Source of the DNA: Mobula hypostoma
Taxonomy: Eukaryota
Assembly: GCF_963921235.1 (NCBI RefSeq)
Contig: NC_086097.1
Coordinates: 177,074,001 to 177,138,000 of the forward strand
Length of the DNA stretch: 64,000 bases
Direction: 5' to 3'
The notes under the pieces were generated by a model, which saw only the letters and a list, made by a program, of their open reading frames with translations, was not told the origin of the DNA and ran no database searches. A program made the translations under genes and the position numbers. Positions within the stretch are counted from its first letter, which is position 1. Each line of letters begins with the position of its first letter. Shown piece after piece: positions 11,533-24,659 of the stretch.

Positions 11533-12582
11533 CAGTGCCTATAAAAAGTATACCTCCTCCCCCTGGAAATTTTCACGGTTTTATTGTTTTACAACATTGA
11601 ATCACGGTGGATTTAATTTGGCTTTCTTGACACGGATCGATAGAAAAAGACTTGCATTAAAGTGAAAACAGATCTCTAAAAAGTGATCTAAATTAATTAT
11701 AAATATAAAACACAAAAGAACTGATTGTATAAGTGTTCACCCCCTTTAATATGACATACCAAATCATCACTAATGTAGACAATTGGTTTTAGAAGTCAAA
11801 ATTAGTTAACCGGAGATTTGTTTTTGAAGACCTATGTGCAGTCAAGATGTTTCAATTGATTGTAGTAAAAATACACCTGTATCTGGAAGGTCCAACTGCT
11901 GGTGAGTCAGTATCCTGGCAAAAACTACACCATCAAGACAAAAGAACACTCCAAACAACTCCACGAAAAGGTTATTGAAAAGCACAAGTCAGGAGATGGA
12001 TACAAGAAAATTTCCAAGTCAATGAATATCCCCTGGAGTACAGATAAGTCAGTCATCAAGAAATGGAAAGAACATGACAATAGAGGGTAAAATGAATGCA
12101 GCAAAATACAGGGAAATCCTGGAGGAAAACCTGATGCAGTCTGCAAGAGAATTGTGACTTGGGAGAAGATTTGTTTTCCAGCAAGACAATGACCCCAAGT
12201 ATAAAGCTAAAGCTACACGAGAATTACTCAGAACAACGAAGTTAATATCCTGGAGTGGCCAAGTCAGAGTCTAGACCTGAATCCAATTGAGAATTTGTGG
12301 CTGGACTTGAAAAGAGCATTTCACTCAAAATCTCCATGCAATCTGACAGAGCTTCAGCTGAGTGAAGCTCAGTTTAGTAGAGAAGAATGGGGAAAATTTG
12401 CAGAGTGCAGATATACAAAGCTGATAGAGACCTATCCACACAGAATCAAAGCTGTAATTGCTGCTAAAATGCTGACTTGAAGGGGATGAATACTTATGCA
12501 GCCAATTATTTTGTATTTTATATTTTGTAATGAAATTAGATCATTTTGTAGCGATCTGTTTTCTCTTTGACACGAGAGTTTT
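11533..12582 (+). mobile_element. Tc1-family DNA transposon, internally deleted and missing the outer right end
   Basis: TA|cagtgcctataaaaagta left end; inner repeats aagtgttcaccccc (~11731) and aggggatgaatactt (12481); N-terminus KTKEHSKQLHEKVIEKHKSGDGYKKISK; catalytic FQQDNDPK and WPSQSLDLNPIENLW. Confidence 0.9.
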
Positions 12583-13410
12583 TCGAAGAAGGTACTGATA
12601 AAGTTGATGAAGGCATGGTAGTGGATGTTGTCTACATGGACTTTAGCAAGGCTTTTGGCATGGTCCCACATTGAAGGTTGGTCAAGAAGGTGCAATCACT
12701 TAGTATTCAAGATGAGGTAGTAAATTGGATTTGACATTGGCTTCACAGAAGAAGACCGAGCTTGGTTGTAGATGGTTCCCTCTCTGGCTGGAGGCCTGTG
12801 ACTAGTGGTGTGCCACAGGAATCAGTACAGAGTCCACTGTTGGTTGTCATCTATATCAGTGATTTGGATGATAATGTGGTTAACTGGATCAGCTTATTTG
12901 CTGATGACACAAGATTGGGGGTGTTGTGAACAGCAAGGAAGATTATCAACGCTTACAGCAGGATCTGCACCAGCTGGTGAAATGGGCTGAAAAATAGCAG
13001 ATGGAATTTAATGCAGACAAATGTGAGGTGTTGCACTTTGTGAGGGACAACTCTTACACAGCGATTGATAGGGCACTGAGGAATGTACTAGGACAGAGGG
13101 ATCTGAGAACACAGATCTCTAATTCCTTGAAATTGATGTCACAAGTAAACAGGGTCACAAAGAAAGCTTTTGGCACATTGGCCTTCATAAGTCAACATAT
13201 TTAGTACAGTAGTTGCAACGTTATGTTGAAACTGTATAAGATGTTGGTGAGGCCTAATTTGGAGTATTGTGTCCAGATTTGGTCACCTACCTACAGGAAA
13301 GATGTAAATAAGCTTGAAAGAGTGCATATAAAGTTTACAAGGACGTTGCCGGGACTTGAGGACCTGAGTTATAGGGAACAATTCAAGAGATAAGGACTTG
13401 ATTCCCTAAA

Positions 13411-14080
13411 TAGAAACATAGAAAACCTACAGCACAATACAGGCCCTTTGGCCCACAAAGTTGTGCCGAACATGTCCCTACCTTAGAAGTTACTAGGCTT
13501 ACCCATAGCCCTCTATTTTTCTAAGCTCCATGTACCTGTCCAAAAGTCTCTTAAAAGACCCTATCGTATCCGTTTCCACCACCGTTGCCGGCAGCCCATT
13601 CCACGCACTCACCACTCTGTCAGTAAAAAACTTACCCCTGTCATCTCCTCTGTACCTACCCATCAGCACCTTAAACCTGTGTCGTCTTGTGGCAACCATT
13701 TCAGCCCTGGGAAAAAGTCTCTGACTACCCACACGATCAATGCCTCTCATCATCTTATACACCTCTATCAGGTCACCTCTCATCCTCCGTCGCTCCAAGG
13801 AGAAAAGGTCAAGTTCACTAAACCTATTCTCATAAGGCATGCTCCCTAATCCAGGCAACATCTTTGTAAATCTCCTCTGCACCCTTTCTATGGCTTCCAC
13901 ATTCTTCCTGTAGTGAGGCGACCAGAACTGAGCACAGTACTCCAGGTGAGGTCTGACCAGGGTCCTATATAGCTGCAACATTACCTCTCGGCTCCTAAAT
14001 TCAATTCCATGATTGATGAAGGCCAATACACCGTATGCCTTCTTAACCACAGAGTCAACCTGCGCAGCTGCTTTGAGCAG
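13411..14080 (-). mobile_element. Young 5'-truncated CR1 LINE nested antisense in another CR1
   Basis: Uninterrupted ORF 13499-14119(-): LYRTLVRPHLEYCAQFWSPHY...RRRMRGDLIEVYK...FFTDRVVSAWNGLP; ttctatgtttcta tail. Confidence 0.92.
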
Positions 14081-14482
14081 CTGAACGTAGAGGATTGAGG
14101 GGAGATTTGATAGAGGCATACAAAATTATGAGGGGCATAGAGAGAGGAAAAAGCCTGCTTGTATTTACCCTGAGGTTGGGTGAGACTAGAAATAGAGGTC
14201 ATGGATAAGGGTAAAATGTGAAATGTTTAAGGGGAACATGAGGGGTCATTTCTTCACTCAGAGGATGCTGAAGTGTGGAACGAGCTGCCAGCGCAAGTGG
14301 TGGGTGTGATTTTGATTTCAACATTTAAGAGAAATTTGGATAGGTACATGGATGAGAGTGGTATAGAGAGCTATGTACTGGGTGAAGGTTGATGGGACTA
14401 GGAAGATTAATGCTTTGGAACAGACTAGTTGGGCTGAAGGGCCTGTTTCTGTGCTGTAGTTTTCTATGACTCAATGACTCTA

Positions 14483-14890
14483 TCCTGCAGATGCTGAAAA
14501 ACTTAAACAGCACTCAGAAAATGCTGGAGGAACACTGCATGTCAAGTAGCATCTATGGAGGGAAATAAATAGCCGATGTTTCAGTCTGCGATCCTTCATC
14601 AGGACTGGAAAGGAAGAAGGCAAAAGCCAGAATAAGATGGTGCAGGAGGGGTAGGAGTACAAACTAGAAGATCATCGGTAAAACCAGGTGGAGGGGAGGT
14701 GGGTGTTTGAATTGAGAAGCTGGGAGGTAATAGATGGAAGAGGTAAAGTCTGAAGAAGAAATCTAACAGGTGTAGACAGTGAACCATGGGAGAAGGGAAC
14801 CAGAGGCAGGTAATAGGCAGGTGAGGAGAAAAAGAGAACAACCAGAATGGGGAATGGCAAAGTGGAAAGTGGGATCGGGAAGAAATAAAA
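14483..14890 (-). mobile_element. Penelope-like pseudo-LTR fragment
   Basis: ctgcagatgctg...aaatgctggaggaac...atccttcatcaggactgg followed by a purine-rich tract. Confidence 0.75.
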
Positions 14891-16639
14891 TGGACTTGTT
14901 TTGTTTGTTCTAATTGTGCTCTCTCTTGCAAAGAATTTATTTAATTTACGGGTAATTAATAGCTTCTTTTCCTCCGCCTCCACCATTAGATTTCTCAACC
15001 GATCAAGAACCCATGAATTAACATTATCAAGAACCCTTGTTAATCCTTATTTGCGATATTTATTAACTTTGTGTTACAGTGATTTTGTGTCTTTGCACTC
15101 CTACAAAACAACGAATGTCATGTCATTTAAGACAATGATAATAAATGATTCTGATTCTGAATGCTGCTTTTATGATACTATGCGCCGGTGATGCACATGA
15201 CAATAAATAATATTTTGACTTTTTGACCATCATAGAGGAGTCTTATAATAGCAGAATAAAAACTGTCCTTGAGCCTGGTGGTACATTCTATCAAGTTTTT
15301 CTATCAGCAATAAATATCGATGAAGAACAGAAGGTGTTTTGTAAACCCAGCATTGCTGCCCTCTCATCAACTTCAGAGATTCCGAAGAGTTTATTCGGTT
15401 ATAAAGTTATGTAGCATAAAATAAGACCTTTCATCCACAATTGTCTATGCCACCAAAGTTCCTACCTCATCTAATCCCATTTACCTGTGTTTGGCCCATA
15501 TCCCTACACTCTTCTTATACAGTGTCTTCTTGCACACTAATACCTTTCGATAATTTCTGTATAGGAAGGAGCAGAATAGTGGGCACTGACTCTTTATGTG
15601 GTTTGTGATTTGCTGGACAGACACTCTGACTCAGTCCTGTAATACTGAAGAGTTGGAGAGATGAGATCATTTCCACTCCTAAACACACACCTTCATTAAA
15701 AATAGTGTCTCAGTTACTGTGCTGGATTGTGAAATTGTTGTCTTTTGTCTGCGGTGCACTTTACTTAATATTGTCACAAGGCTAGAATATGGGTTACAGT
15801 AAACAGATGCTTTATTTTTGATGGCTTTGAACTTAGGCCAAAAGAGAGAGAGAGAGAGGGAGTGACAGGCTGCTTCTTTTCCACAGGGGATGAGTATTTT
15901 GTCTGCATGAACCAATCCATCAAACTCAATACACAAAGCCATTATTTAGCAAAATTTAGTCCCTATCATCTGTTATTTCAATGTCATTTTTATCAGAATT
16001 CAGAGGAACATCAGGGTGACTCCTCAGGAATTTTCTCACTGCCTAATGATGTCAATAAATCAAAGACGCTTCCACCCTGTCCAAGAAAACAACATTTGGT
16101 TTCAGATCAAGTGGCGTACCCTGCTTCCATCTGTCAACCAATAACAATTAGTTTTGTGGTACATTTGGCAACTCTTGCAATGACGTTCTCCCAATTAGCC
16201 CTTTATTTGTGCTCTGCTGCTGTGCAGGACCCTATCCTAATTACTGTATTTGTACCAGCTGGGATTAGTCATGGTTCTGGACGACATTTTGTTTAAAATT
16301 CCTTTGTCCTTCAATGCACTCATCTTTCTGGTTATTGGCATAAGAAAAAAATCCCAAGAGTTGCTGAAGTCTTATTGACAATTTCCAGATAACAGCCAGT
16401 CAGATACCGAGAAGCAATATGTTCCCAGCAGGGAACATCTGAGAAGATCTGTGGAGCAGGCTGCCAAGAGCTCACCATACAGAGCTTTATATATCTTCTG
16501 TTCCACTGGCCGCCATGCCTATCCATCACAGAAGGAGCATTGAACTCATTCTAAACAGAGAGTGATGTGCCTTATTCTTATGAAACTCGGGTGGATTGAA
16601 AAAGAATTCAGGTTGCCAGACAGGGGAATATTAAGAACA

Positions 16640-17065
16640 TTAGAAAGTTTTTTGACAAGAATGGGCCATTTCGCCCAACAGAGCTTGCCAAATTCCTATT
16701 GATATAGCGTATTGAAATAACTACTGGGTTAAAGTACTACTCTCAAATACACAACTAGATAGTTTGTTCCATGTGTCCACAACTCACTGTGTAAAGAAAT
16801 GCTTCCTAATGTTAGTCTGAAATCTCCCTTTAACCAGTCTCCACCTATGTCCCCGTGTCCTCATTGATGGATTAATTTTGAAGTTGCAGTTGGCATCTCC
16901 CTTACTTACACCCTTAATTATTTTTAACTCCTCTGTCATGTCTCCTCTCATTCTCCATCTACTTAGGCTAAAAAGAATTAATTCTTTCAATCTTTCTTCA
17001 CAGTTCATACCCTGCAAACCTGGAATGAGTCTTGTTGCCCTCCTCTGAAGTCTCTCTAGTGCCTG
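16640..17065 (-). mobile_element. CR1-like LINE 3' fragment
   Basis: ORF 16784-17017(-): EERLKELILFSL..RMRGDM...RTRGHRWRLVKGRFQTNIRKHFFTQ. Confidence 0.85.
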
Positions 17066-17659
17066 GTAAATTCATGCAAGATTCTGAGCAGTGAGTGCAA
17101 ACAGGCAAGCTAGAAGATGCACACAGATAAAATGTGCCAACTACAGATGTAGCAATTACAGTAAGCGATCATAGCTCAGAACAGTGGAATGCAAATTGTG
17201 TTGGGAATAAAGAACTTAGTTGGTTAACCTAACAAAGACTTGAACTAATATGGAGATTTTCATCATAGTTAAGTGTTCCAAACCACTTAAAAAGAATCTT
17301 AGATGGAATCAGAGCCATAGAGTCCTAGAACAATACAACTCAGAAACAGGCTGTTTGGCCCGACCATTCCAAGCCAACCTTGGTGCTCACCAAGCCATTT
17401 CCAATTTCCCACATTCAGTCCATATGGCTCAAAGACCCACCCTACAATGTACCTATCCAAGTGCTTCTAAAATGATAATATCTTCCCAGCCTCACAATTT
17501 CCTCTGGCAGCTCATTCCATATACCCACAATCCTCTGCATGTACAAGTTGCCCCTCAGGTCCCTCTTAATTCTTTCCCCTTTCAATTTAAGCCCATGGTG
17601 CCTAGTTTTACACTCATATAGCTGAGGGAAAAACCTAGTAAGGAGTCTTGCCTTGGAAG

Positions 17660-17795
17660 TGGTCAATACAATGGTGCAGAGGATATATTTGCATTCAATT
17701 CTGACCTCTAGTGCTATCTGTGTGAAGTTTGCACGCTTTCCCCATGGCTGTGTGGCCTTCCTCTGGGTACTATGCTTTCCTCCCATATCTCAAAT
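17660..17795 (+). mobile_element. V-SINE-type fragment
   Basis: ctgtgtgaagtttgcacgctttccccatggctgtgtgg...tttcctcccatatc resembles the V domain; related pieces at ~18290-18420(-), ~42880-43140(+) and ~54947-55200(+). Confidence 0.65.
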
Positions 17796-19357
17796 CGGTG
17801 ACAATAATACATTAATTTAGCATATTTTGTCGAATGTACCAAGCTACAGTGAAAAATGTTGTTTTGCTTTGCATCTGTACAGATCATTTTCATCACGTAC
17901 ATTGAGTAAGGGAAAACAATAAGAGAATGCAGAATAAATGTTAGATACAGAGAAAATATAGTGTAGGCAGACAATAAGGTGCTAAGACCATGGTGAAGTG
18001 GATTGTGAGGTTAAGAGTCCATCTTATCAATAGCTTTACAGTGTTGGGATAGAAGCTGTCCTTGAGCCTAGTGGTACATGCATTCAGCCTCTTGTACCTA
18101 CTGTCTCAATGAGTTATCCAGCAAAGAAATAGGCTTTTCGGCCCACTGTCCCTACTGGCCACCAGCCACTATTTACACTAATGCTTCACTGATAGCATTT
18201 TGTTCTCCCCACATTCCCATTAGTCCTGTCCAGATTCTAACCTTCATCTACACATTAGTGGTATTTTATAGAAGCCGACACACATATTTGGGATATGGGA
18301 GGAAACCGGAGCATTTGAGGAATCTCACACGGTCACAGGGAGAATGTGTAAACTTTACACAGACAAGACTCAAGGTCAGGATTGAATTTGGGTAGTGGAC
18401 ACCATGAATCAGTGGCTCTGTTTTCTACACCAATGTCTCTGTACTACATTTCATCTCTTACCTTTTGAAATCTGCCTAGTCACTTTCTTTAATATCTCAT
18501 ACTATGCTGCTGCTACAAGACAGCAAATTTTATGACAAGAAAGATTAGTGACAAATGCCTAATCCCATTGACCTGCATCTGGAACATAGCACTCCATACC
18601 CCTCCCACCCAGGTACCTGTCCAACTTTCTCTTAAATACTGAAACCCACATAAACCACTTCCACTGGCTGTTCATTCCACACTCTCACCACCCTTTGAGT
18701 GAAGTAGTTCCCCTTCATGTTTCCATTAAACATTTCAGCTTTCACCCTTAACCTATGATCTCAAGCTCTAGTCTTACCCAACCTTACCCAAGCTTACTTG
18801 CATCTACCCTATCTATACCCCTCATAATTTTGTATACCTCTTTCAAATCTCCCCTCATTCTCCTAAACTCCAGGCAATAAAGTCCTAACTTATTCACCCT
18901 TTTCCTATAACTCAGGTCCTCAATTGCTGGCAAAACACTTGTAAATTTTCTCTGCACATTTTCTACCTTTAGGCCTAACCAACATTTTATATGACTTCAA
19001 CTTAACATCCCAACTTCTGTATTAAATACTTTGAATTATGAAGGCCATTGTGCCAGAAGCTCTCTCTATGACCCAATCTACCTGTCAGACCACTTTCAAG
19101 GAATTATGGAGTTATATTCCCTAATCCTTCTGTTCTACTGCACTCCTCAGTGCCCTACTTACTTTGTAAATCCTACCCTGATTTGTCCTCCCAAAGTGCA
19201 ACACCTCAAACTTGTCTGCATTAAATTTCATCTGCTATTTTTCAGCCCAATTCTTCAGCTTGTCCAGGTCCCACTGCAAGTTTTGTTAGCCTACTTCAGT
19301 GTGCACTACACTGCAATCTTGCTGTCATCTGTAAATTTGCTCGTCCAGTTTACCTCA

Positions 19358-22100
19358 TAGAAAGACCGTAAGACCATGAGACATAGGAGCAGAATAAGGT
19401 CATTCAGCCCATTGAGTCTGCTCCACCACAGATTTATTATCCCTCTCAACCCCATTCTCCTCCCTTCTCTTCTTTGATGTCCTGACTAATCACAAATCTA
19501 TCAAATTCCCCTTTAAGTATGCTCAGTGACTTGGCCTCCACAGCCACCTGTGGCAATAAATTCCACAGATTCACCATCCCTGGCTAAAGAAATTCATCAT
19601 CATTTCTGTTCTAAATGGACGTAGCCCTAGTCTGAGGCTTTGCCCTCTAGTCTTAGACCCACCCACTACAGGAAATGATTCCCTACATCCACTCTACCCA
19701 AACTATTCAATATTTGGTAGGTTTCAATGAGATTCCCCATCATTCTTCTAAACTCCTGCAAGTACAGGCCCAGAACCATCATATAATCCTCATATTTTAA
19801 CCATTTCATTCCTAGAATCATTCTCATGAACCCTTCTCCAATGTCAACACATCTTTTCTCAGATAAGAGGCCCAAAACTGCTCATAACTCTCCAAGTGTG
19901 GCCTGACCACTGTCCTATAAAGCCTCAGTTTTACTATATTCTAGTCCTCTCAAAATGAATGCTAACATTACATTTGCCTTCCTTACCAAAGACTCAACCT
20001 GCAAGTTAACCTTTAGATAATACTGCACAAGAATTCCCAAGTCCCGTTACACCTCTGATTTTTGAGTTTTCTCCCTGGTTAGAAAACAATCTACCAAAGT
20101 GAATGACCATAGATTTCCTGACACTATATTCCATCTGCCAGTTCTTTGCCCATTCTCCCAATCTGTCTAAATCCTTCTGTATTTGCTCTGCTTCCTCAAC
20201 ACTACTTGTCCCACTACATTATCTTCATATCACCCACAAACTTGGGGACAAAGCCATCAATTTTGTCATCCCAAATCATTCACATATCACAGAAAAAGGA
20301 GTGGTCCCAACATGACCACAGCAGATCACCACTAGTGACCAGCACCAACCAGAGAAGGTCCCCTTTCTTCCCACTCTTCGCCAGTAAGCCAATCTTCTGT
20401 CCATGCTGGTATTTTTCCTGTAACACCACAGATGCTTATTTTGTTGAGCAGCCTCATGTGTGGCACCTTGTCAAAGGCCTTCTGAAAATCCAAATGAAAA
20501 ATGTACAATGATGCTCCTTTGTCTATCATGCTTGCTATTTCCTCAAAGGATTCCAACAGATTTCTCAGGCAAGATTTCCCCTTAAGGAATTTAACCAACA
20601 GTATTTTATCATGTGCCTTCCGAAACCTCATTTGTGATATTTGCAATTTTCCATTCCTTCAGAACCATTCCAGTATCTAAAGATGCTTGACAGATCATTA
20701 CTATTGCCTCCACAATCTCTTCAGCTTCTTCTTTCAGAACCCTGGAGTGTAGTCCATCTGGTCTAGATGATTTATCCAACTTCAGACCTTTCATCTTCTC
20801 AAGCACCTTCTCCTTAGTAATAGCAACAACACTCATTTCTGCCCCTTAACACTCTTGAATTTCTGGCGTACTGCTCGTGTCTTTTATAGCAAAGAATGGC
20901 ACAAAATACTTATTAAGTTCCTCTGTCATTTCTTCATCTCCCATTACCACCTCTCCGGCGTCATTTTCCAGCAGTCTGATATCTACTCTAGCCTTTCTTT
21001 TTCTCCTAATATATTTGAAAAACTTTTTGTATCCTCTTTAATATTATTGGCTGGCTTCCCTTCATTTTTCACCTTTCCTCTCCTCTCCTTATGGCTTTTT
21101 AGTTGCCTTCTGTTGTTTTTTAAAACTTCCCAATCCTTTACATTCTCACAAAGTTGTTTTCTATATTGTATGCCTTCTCTTTTTCTTTTATGTTGTCTTT
21201 GACTTCCCTTGTCAGCTACAGTTGCCTTGTTCTCCCTTTAGAGTATTTCTTCATGTTTGGGATGTATCTACCCTGTGCCTTTCAAATTATCCCCTGAAAC
21301 TCCAGCCATTGTTGTTCTGCCATCGTCCTTGCTAGTATCCCCTTCCAATCAACCTTCCCCAGCTCCTACCTCATGCTGCTGTATTTCGCTTTACATCGTC
21401 TGACCTTAGCTTCTCCCTTATAACTCCAGGGTGAGTTCTATCATATTATAATCACTGCCTTAAAATGGTTCCTTTACCTTAAGCTCCCTAATCAAATTAA
21501 CAACACCCAATCCAGAATTGCCTTTCCATTAGTGGGCTCAACTACAGCTTCTCAAAAAAGCCACCTCATGGACATTCTACAAATTCCTTCTCTTGGGATC
21601 CACCAACCTGATTTTCCAATTTACCTGTATATTGAAATCGCCCATCACGATCATAACATTGCCTTTTTTACGTACCTTTTCTATCTCCCATTGTAATTTG
21701 TAGGCCACATCCTGGCTACTATTTGTAAGTCTGTATACAACTCCCATCAGGCTCTTTTTACCCTTGGAGTTTCTTAATCCAACAAGGATTCTACACCTTC
21801 TGATCCTATATTACCTATTTCTAAGGCTTTTATTTCATTTTTACCAACAGAACCATCCCACCACCTCTGCCTCCCTGCATGTCCTTTCAACACAATGTGT
21901 GTCCTTGGATGTTAAACTTCCAAGTATGGCCTTCTTTCAAATGTGACTGAGTGCTACCCACAACATTTCACCTGCTAATCTCCAATGCACTACAAAATCA
22001 CCTACCTTATGTTCCGTATACTGCAGGTATCAAATATAACACATTCAGCCCTGTATTGATCACCCTTTTTGGTTTTGCCCTATTTTACACTTCAACATAT
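19358..22100 (-). mobile_element. Long CR1 LINE ORF2 relic (endonuclease region to 3' tail)
   Basis: Tail aagaccgtaagaccatgagacatagg; minus-strand ORFs with FLKGKSCLRNLLESFEEI, LDFQKAFDKVPHMRLL and LKLDKSSRPDGLHSRVLKE. Confidence 0.9.
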
Positions 22101-22189
22101 CCCACTGACTGCAATTTTGCGCTATCATCTGCCTGTCCTTCCTCACAGTCTCACTACACATCGCATCAACTTATATAACAACTGCTCCA

Positions 22190-22920
22190 TCTTCAGCCTG
22201 ATCACTCTGGTTCTCATCCCTCTGCCAAATTACTTTAAACCCTCCCCAACAGCTGTAGCAAATCTGCCTACAAGGATATTGATCCCCCTCAGGTCCAGGT
22301 GTAACCCATCCTTTTTGTACATGTCATAACTTTCTAGAAGAGATCCCAATGATCCAGAATTCTGAAACTCTGTCCCTTGTGCCAGTTTCTCAGTGACACA
22401 TTCCTCTGCTAAATTATCTTATTCTTACCCTCCATGGCACATGGCATAAGTGGCAATCCAGAGATATACTTATTAATGAGGGGAACAGCCACAGGGGGTA
22501 CTCTGCACTGGCTGCCTATTCCCTTTCCCTCTCCTGACAGTAACCCAAGTACCTTCCTTCTGCAGCTTAGGGGTGACTACTGTTCTTTAGCTCCTTTCTA
22601 TAACTTCCTCATTTTGCATGAGCCAAAGATCTTCATGCTGCAGCTCCAGTTCCTTAACCCCATCTCTGAGGCGCTGCAGCTTGGTGCACTTTGTGCAGAT
22701 GTAGTTATCAGCAAGACTGGAGGTCTCCCAAAGTTCCCACATCTCGCACAAGGAACATATCACTAACTCTGGGCCCATTCTCACAGCACTAGCTACGTAT
22801 TAACTGACTGAGAACATCCACCCGTGCTTGCCGAAGTCTGTTGAGTACCACTCTACCGCTGACATTGACCCACTCCAATAATGGCCGCTCCACTTACACC
22901 TCCTTTCTTTTCATTAGCTG
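22190..22920 (-). mobile_element. CR1 5' region/ORF1 relic (zinc finger-leucine zipper plus esterase-region remnant)
   Basis: ORF 22587-22784(-): ICSLCEMWE...NYICTKC.KLQRLRDGVKELELQ; homologous to 38270-39170. Confidence 0.8.
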
Positions 22921-24048
22921 AAATAAGACTCATTCCCAATGAGACTTGCAGTTTTCCAATGATCTTCCAGGTTGTTGATAAAGATGACAAACAAAAAAGG
23001 ACCCAGCATTTGTCCCAGCGGCACTCAACTAGTCACAGGACTCCAGTCAGAGAAGCAACCATATACTACACCTCTCTGGCTTCTCCTGCGAAGCCAATGT
23101 CTAATCCAATTTGCTACCTCATCTTGAATCCCAATTGACTAAACCTTCTTGACCAACCTCCCATACAGGCCCTGTCAAAGGTCCATGTATACAACAACCA
23201 CTACTTGTCTTCATAAACTTCCACGAAAAACTCGAAAAGATTGGTTAGACATGACAAAACATGCACAAAGCCATGTTGACTATCTCTAATCAGTCCCTAT
23301 CTATCCAAATGCTTATATTTATGGTCCCTTAGATTACCACCCAATAACTTACCCACTATTGATGTCGGGTTTACTGGCCTATAATTTCCTATCTTATTCT
23401 TAGAGCTTTTCTTAATCAATAGAACAATAACAGCTATCCTCTAATCCTCCTGAACCTCACCCACTGTTAAAGATATTTTAAATGCCTTTGTTAGGGCCTC
23501 TGAAATTTCTGTACTAGCCTTCCACAATGTCCGAGGGAACACCGTTCAGGACCTGAGCATTTATCCCCCAAGATTTGCCTCAATACAGCAAAACACTTCC
23601 TCCTCTATAATCTGTATAGGGTCCATGAATTTACTGTTGTTTTGCCTCACTTCTATAGAGTCTGTGTCCAACTCCCATCTTAATACAGTGCAAAAAAATT
23701 TAAGATCTGCATCTCTTTCGACTCCATATATATATGATCACACTGATCTTCAAGAGGGCAAATTTTGTCCCTTGCTGTCCTTTTGCACTTATAATAATAT
23801 ATATATGTAGAGACCCTTAGGATTCTCCTTCACCTGGTCTGCTAGAGCATCCTCATGCCTTCTTTTGGACCTCCTGATTTCCTTCTTGAGTATTATCTTG
23901 CATTTCTTATACCCCTCACTTGTTCCTTCCTGCCTGTACATGCTATGCACCTCCTTCATCTACTTCTTAACCAGGGCCTCAAAATCTCTCAAAAACCAAG
24001 AAACCCTAAATCTATTAGCCTTGCCTTTTATTCTGACAGGAACATAAC

Positions 24049-24358
24049 TAGGGGTGATTGATAAGTTCGTGATCTATGGTAGAAGGAGTCAATTTTAGAA
24101 AACCTAGCACATTTATTTTTCAACATAGTCCCCTCCTACATTTACACACTTAATTCAGTGGTTGTGGAGCATACGGATCCCTTCTTTGTAGAAGTTGGCG
24201 TCTTGGACCACCAGAAAGTGGTCCACAGCAGGGGTGATTGATATGTTTGTGGCCTAAGGTAGAAGGAGATAAGTTATTAACTGCAAACCTTCTGCATAAT
24301 CACTCAAAGAGTTGAACTGCACGTGCATGTAATGAGAGCTGTATAGCTCATCTCCTTC
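24049..24358 (-). mobile_element. Mariner-derived non-autonomous relic
   Basis: Minus strand encodes the mariner C-terminus GIRMLHNH*IKCVNVGGDYVEK*; TIR-like aggggtgattgataagttcgtg...ggtagaaggag at ~24050 is repeated in the same orientation at ~24230; partial inverse tcatctccttc at 24348-24358. Confidence 0.8.
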
Positions 24359-24659
24359 GAGTATTTGTATATCTGTACACTTGTAATGCTACTGTGATTC
24401 TGTAATTTCCTTGGGGATCAATAAAGTGTCCATCTATCCATCTATTCTGTAAGAGAAGATGCAGTATCACACTCTTAGTAGTTGGGATCTCTACTGTATA
24501 TATTGATTAAGGAAACTTCTCGAAATCATTTGACATAACTCTATCCCATCAAGCCCTTTAACAGTATGGGACTTCCAGTCATTATATGGAAAGTATAATT
24601 ACATCACCTACTATCACAGCCTTGTATTTCTTGCAAAGTCAGTGACATGTGTTCCCTGA

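Larger units (their letters stand above)
11011..14482 (+). mobile_element. CR1 LINE ORF2 relic interrupted by a Tc1 element and an antisense CR1
   Basis: VKEKPKGFY, DKSGGSD..FP, NYRPVSL (to 11530); VDVVYMDFSKAF, SGVP, MEFNADKCEVLHF (12575-13410); resumes ~14081 and ends in a ttctatgactc-type tail. Confidence 0.9.
18540..24046 (-). mobile_element. CR1 LINE relic (18540-19357 plus 22955-24046) split by nested CR1 sequence
   Basis: Antisense RT sequence breaks at ccagtttacc (~19355) and resumes at gttgataaagatgacaaacaaaaaaggacccagc (~22970). Confidence 0.8.
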
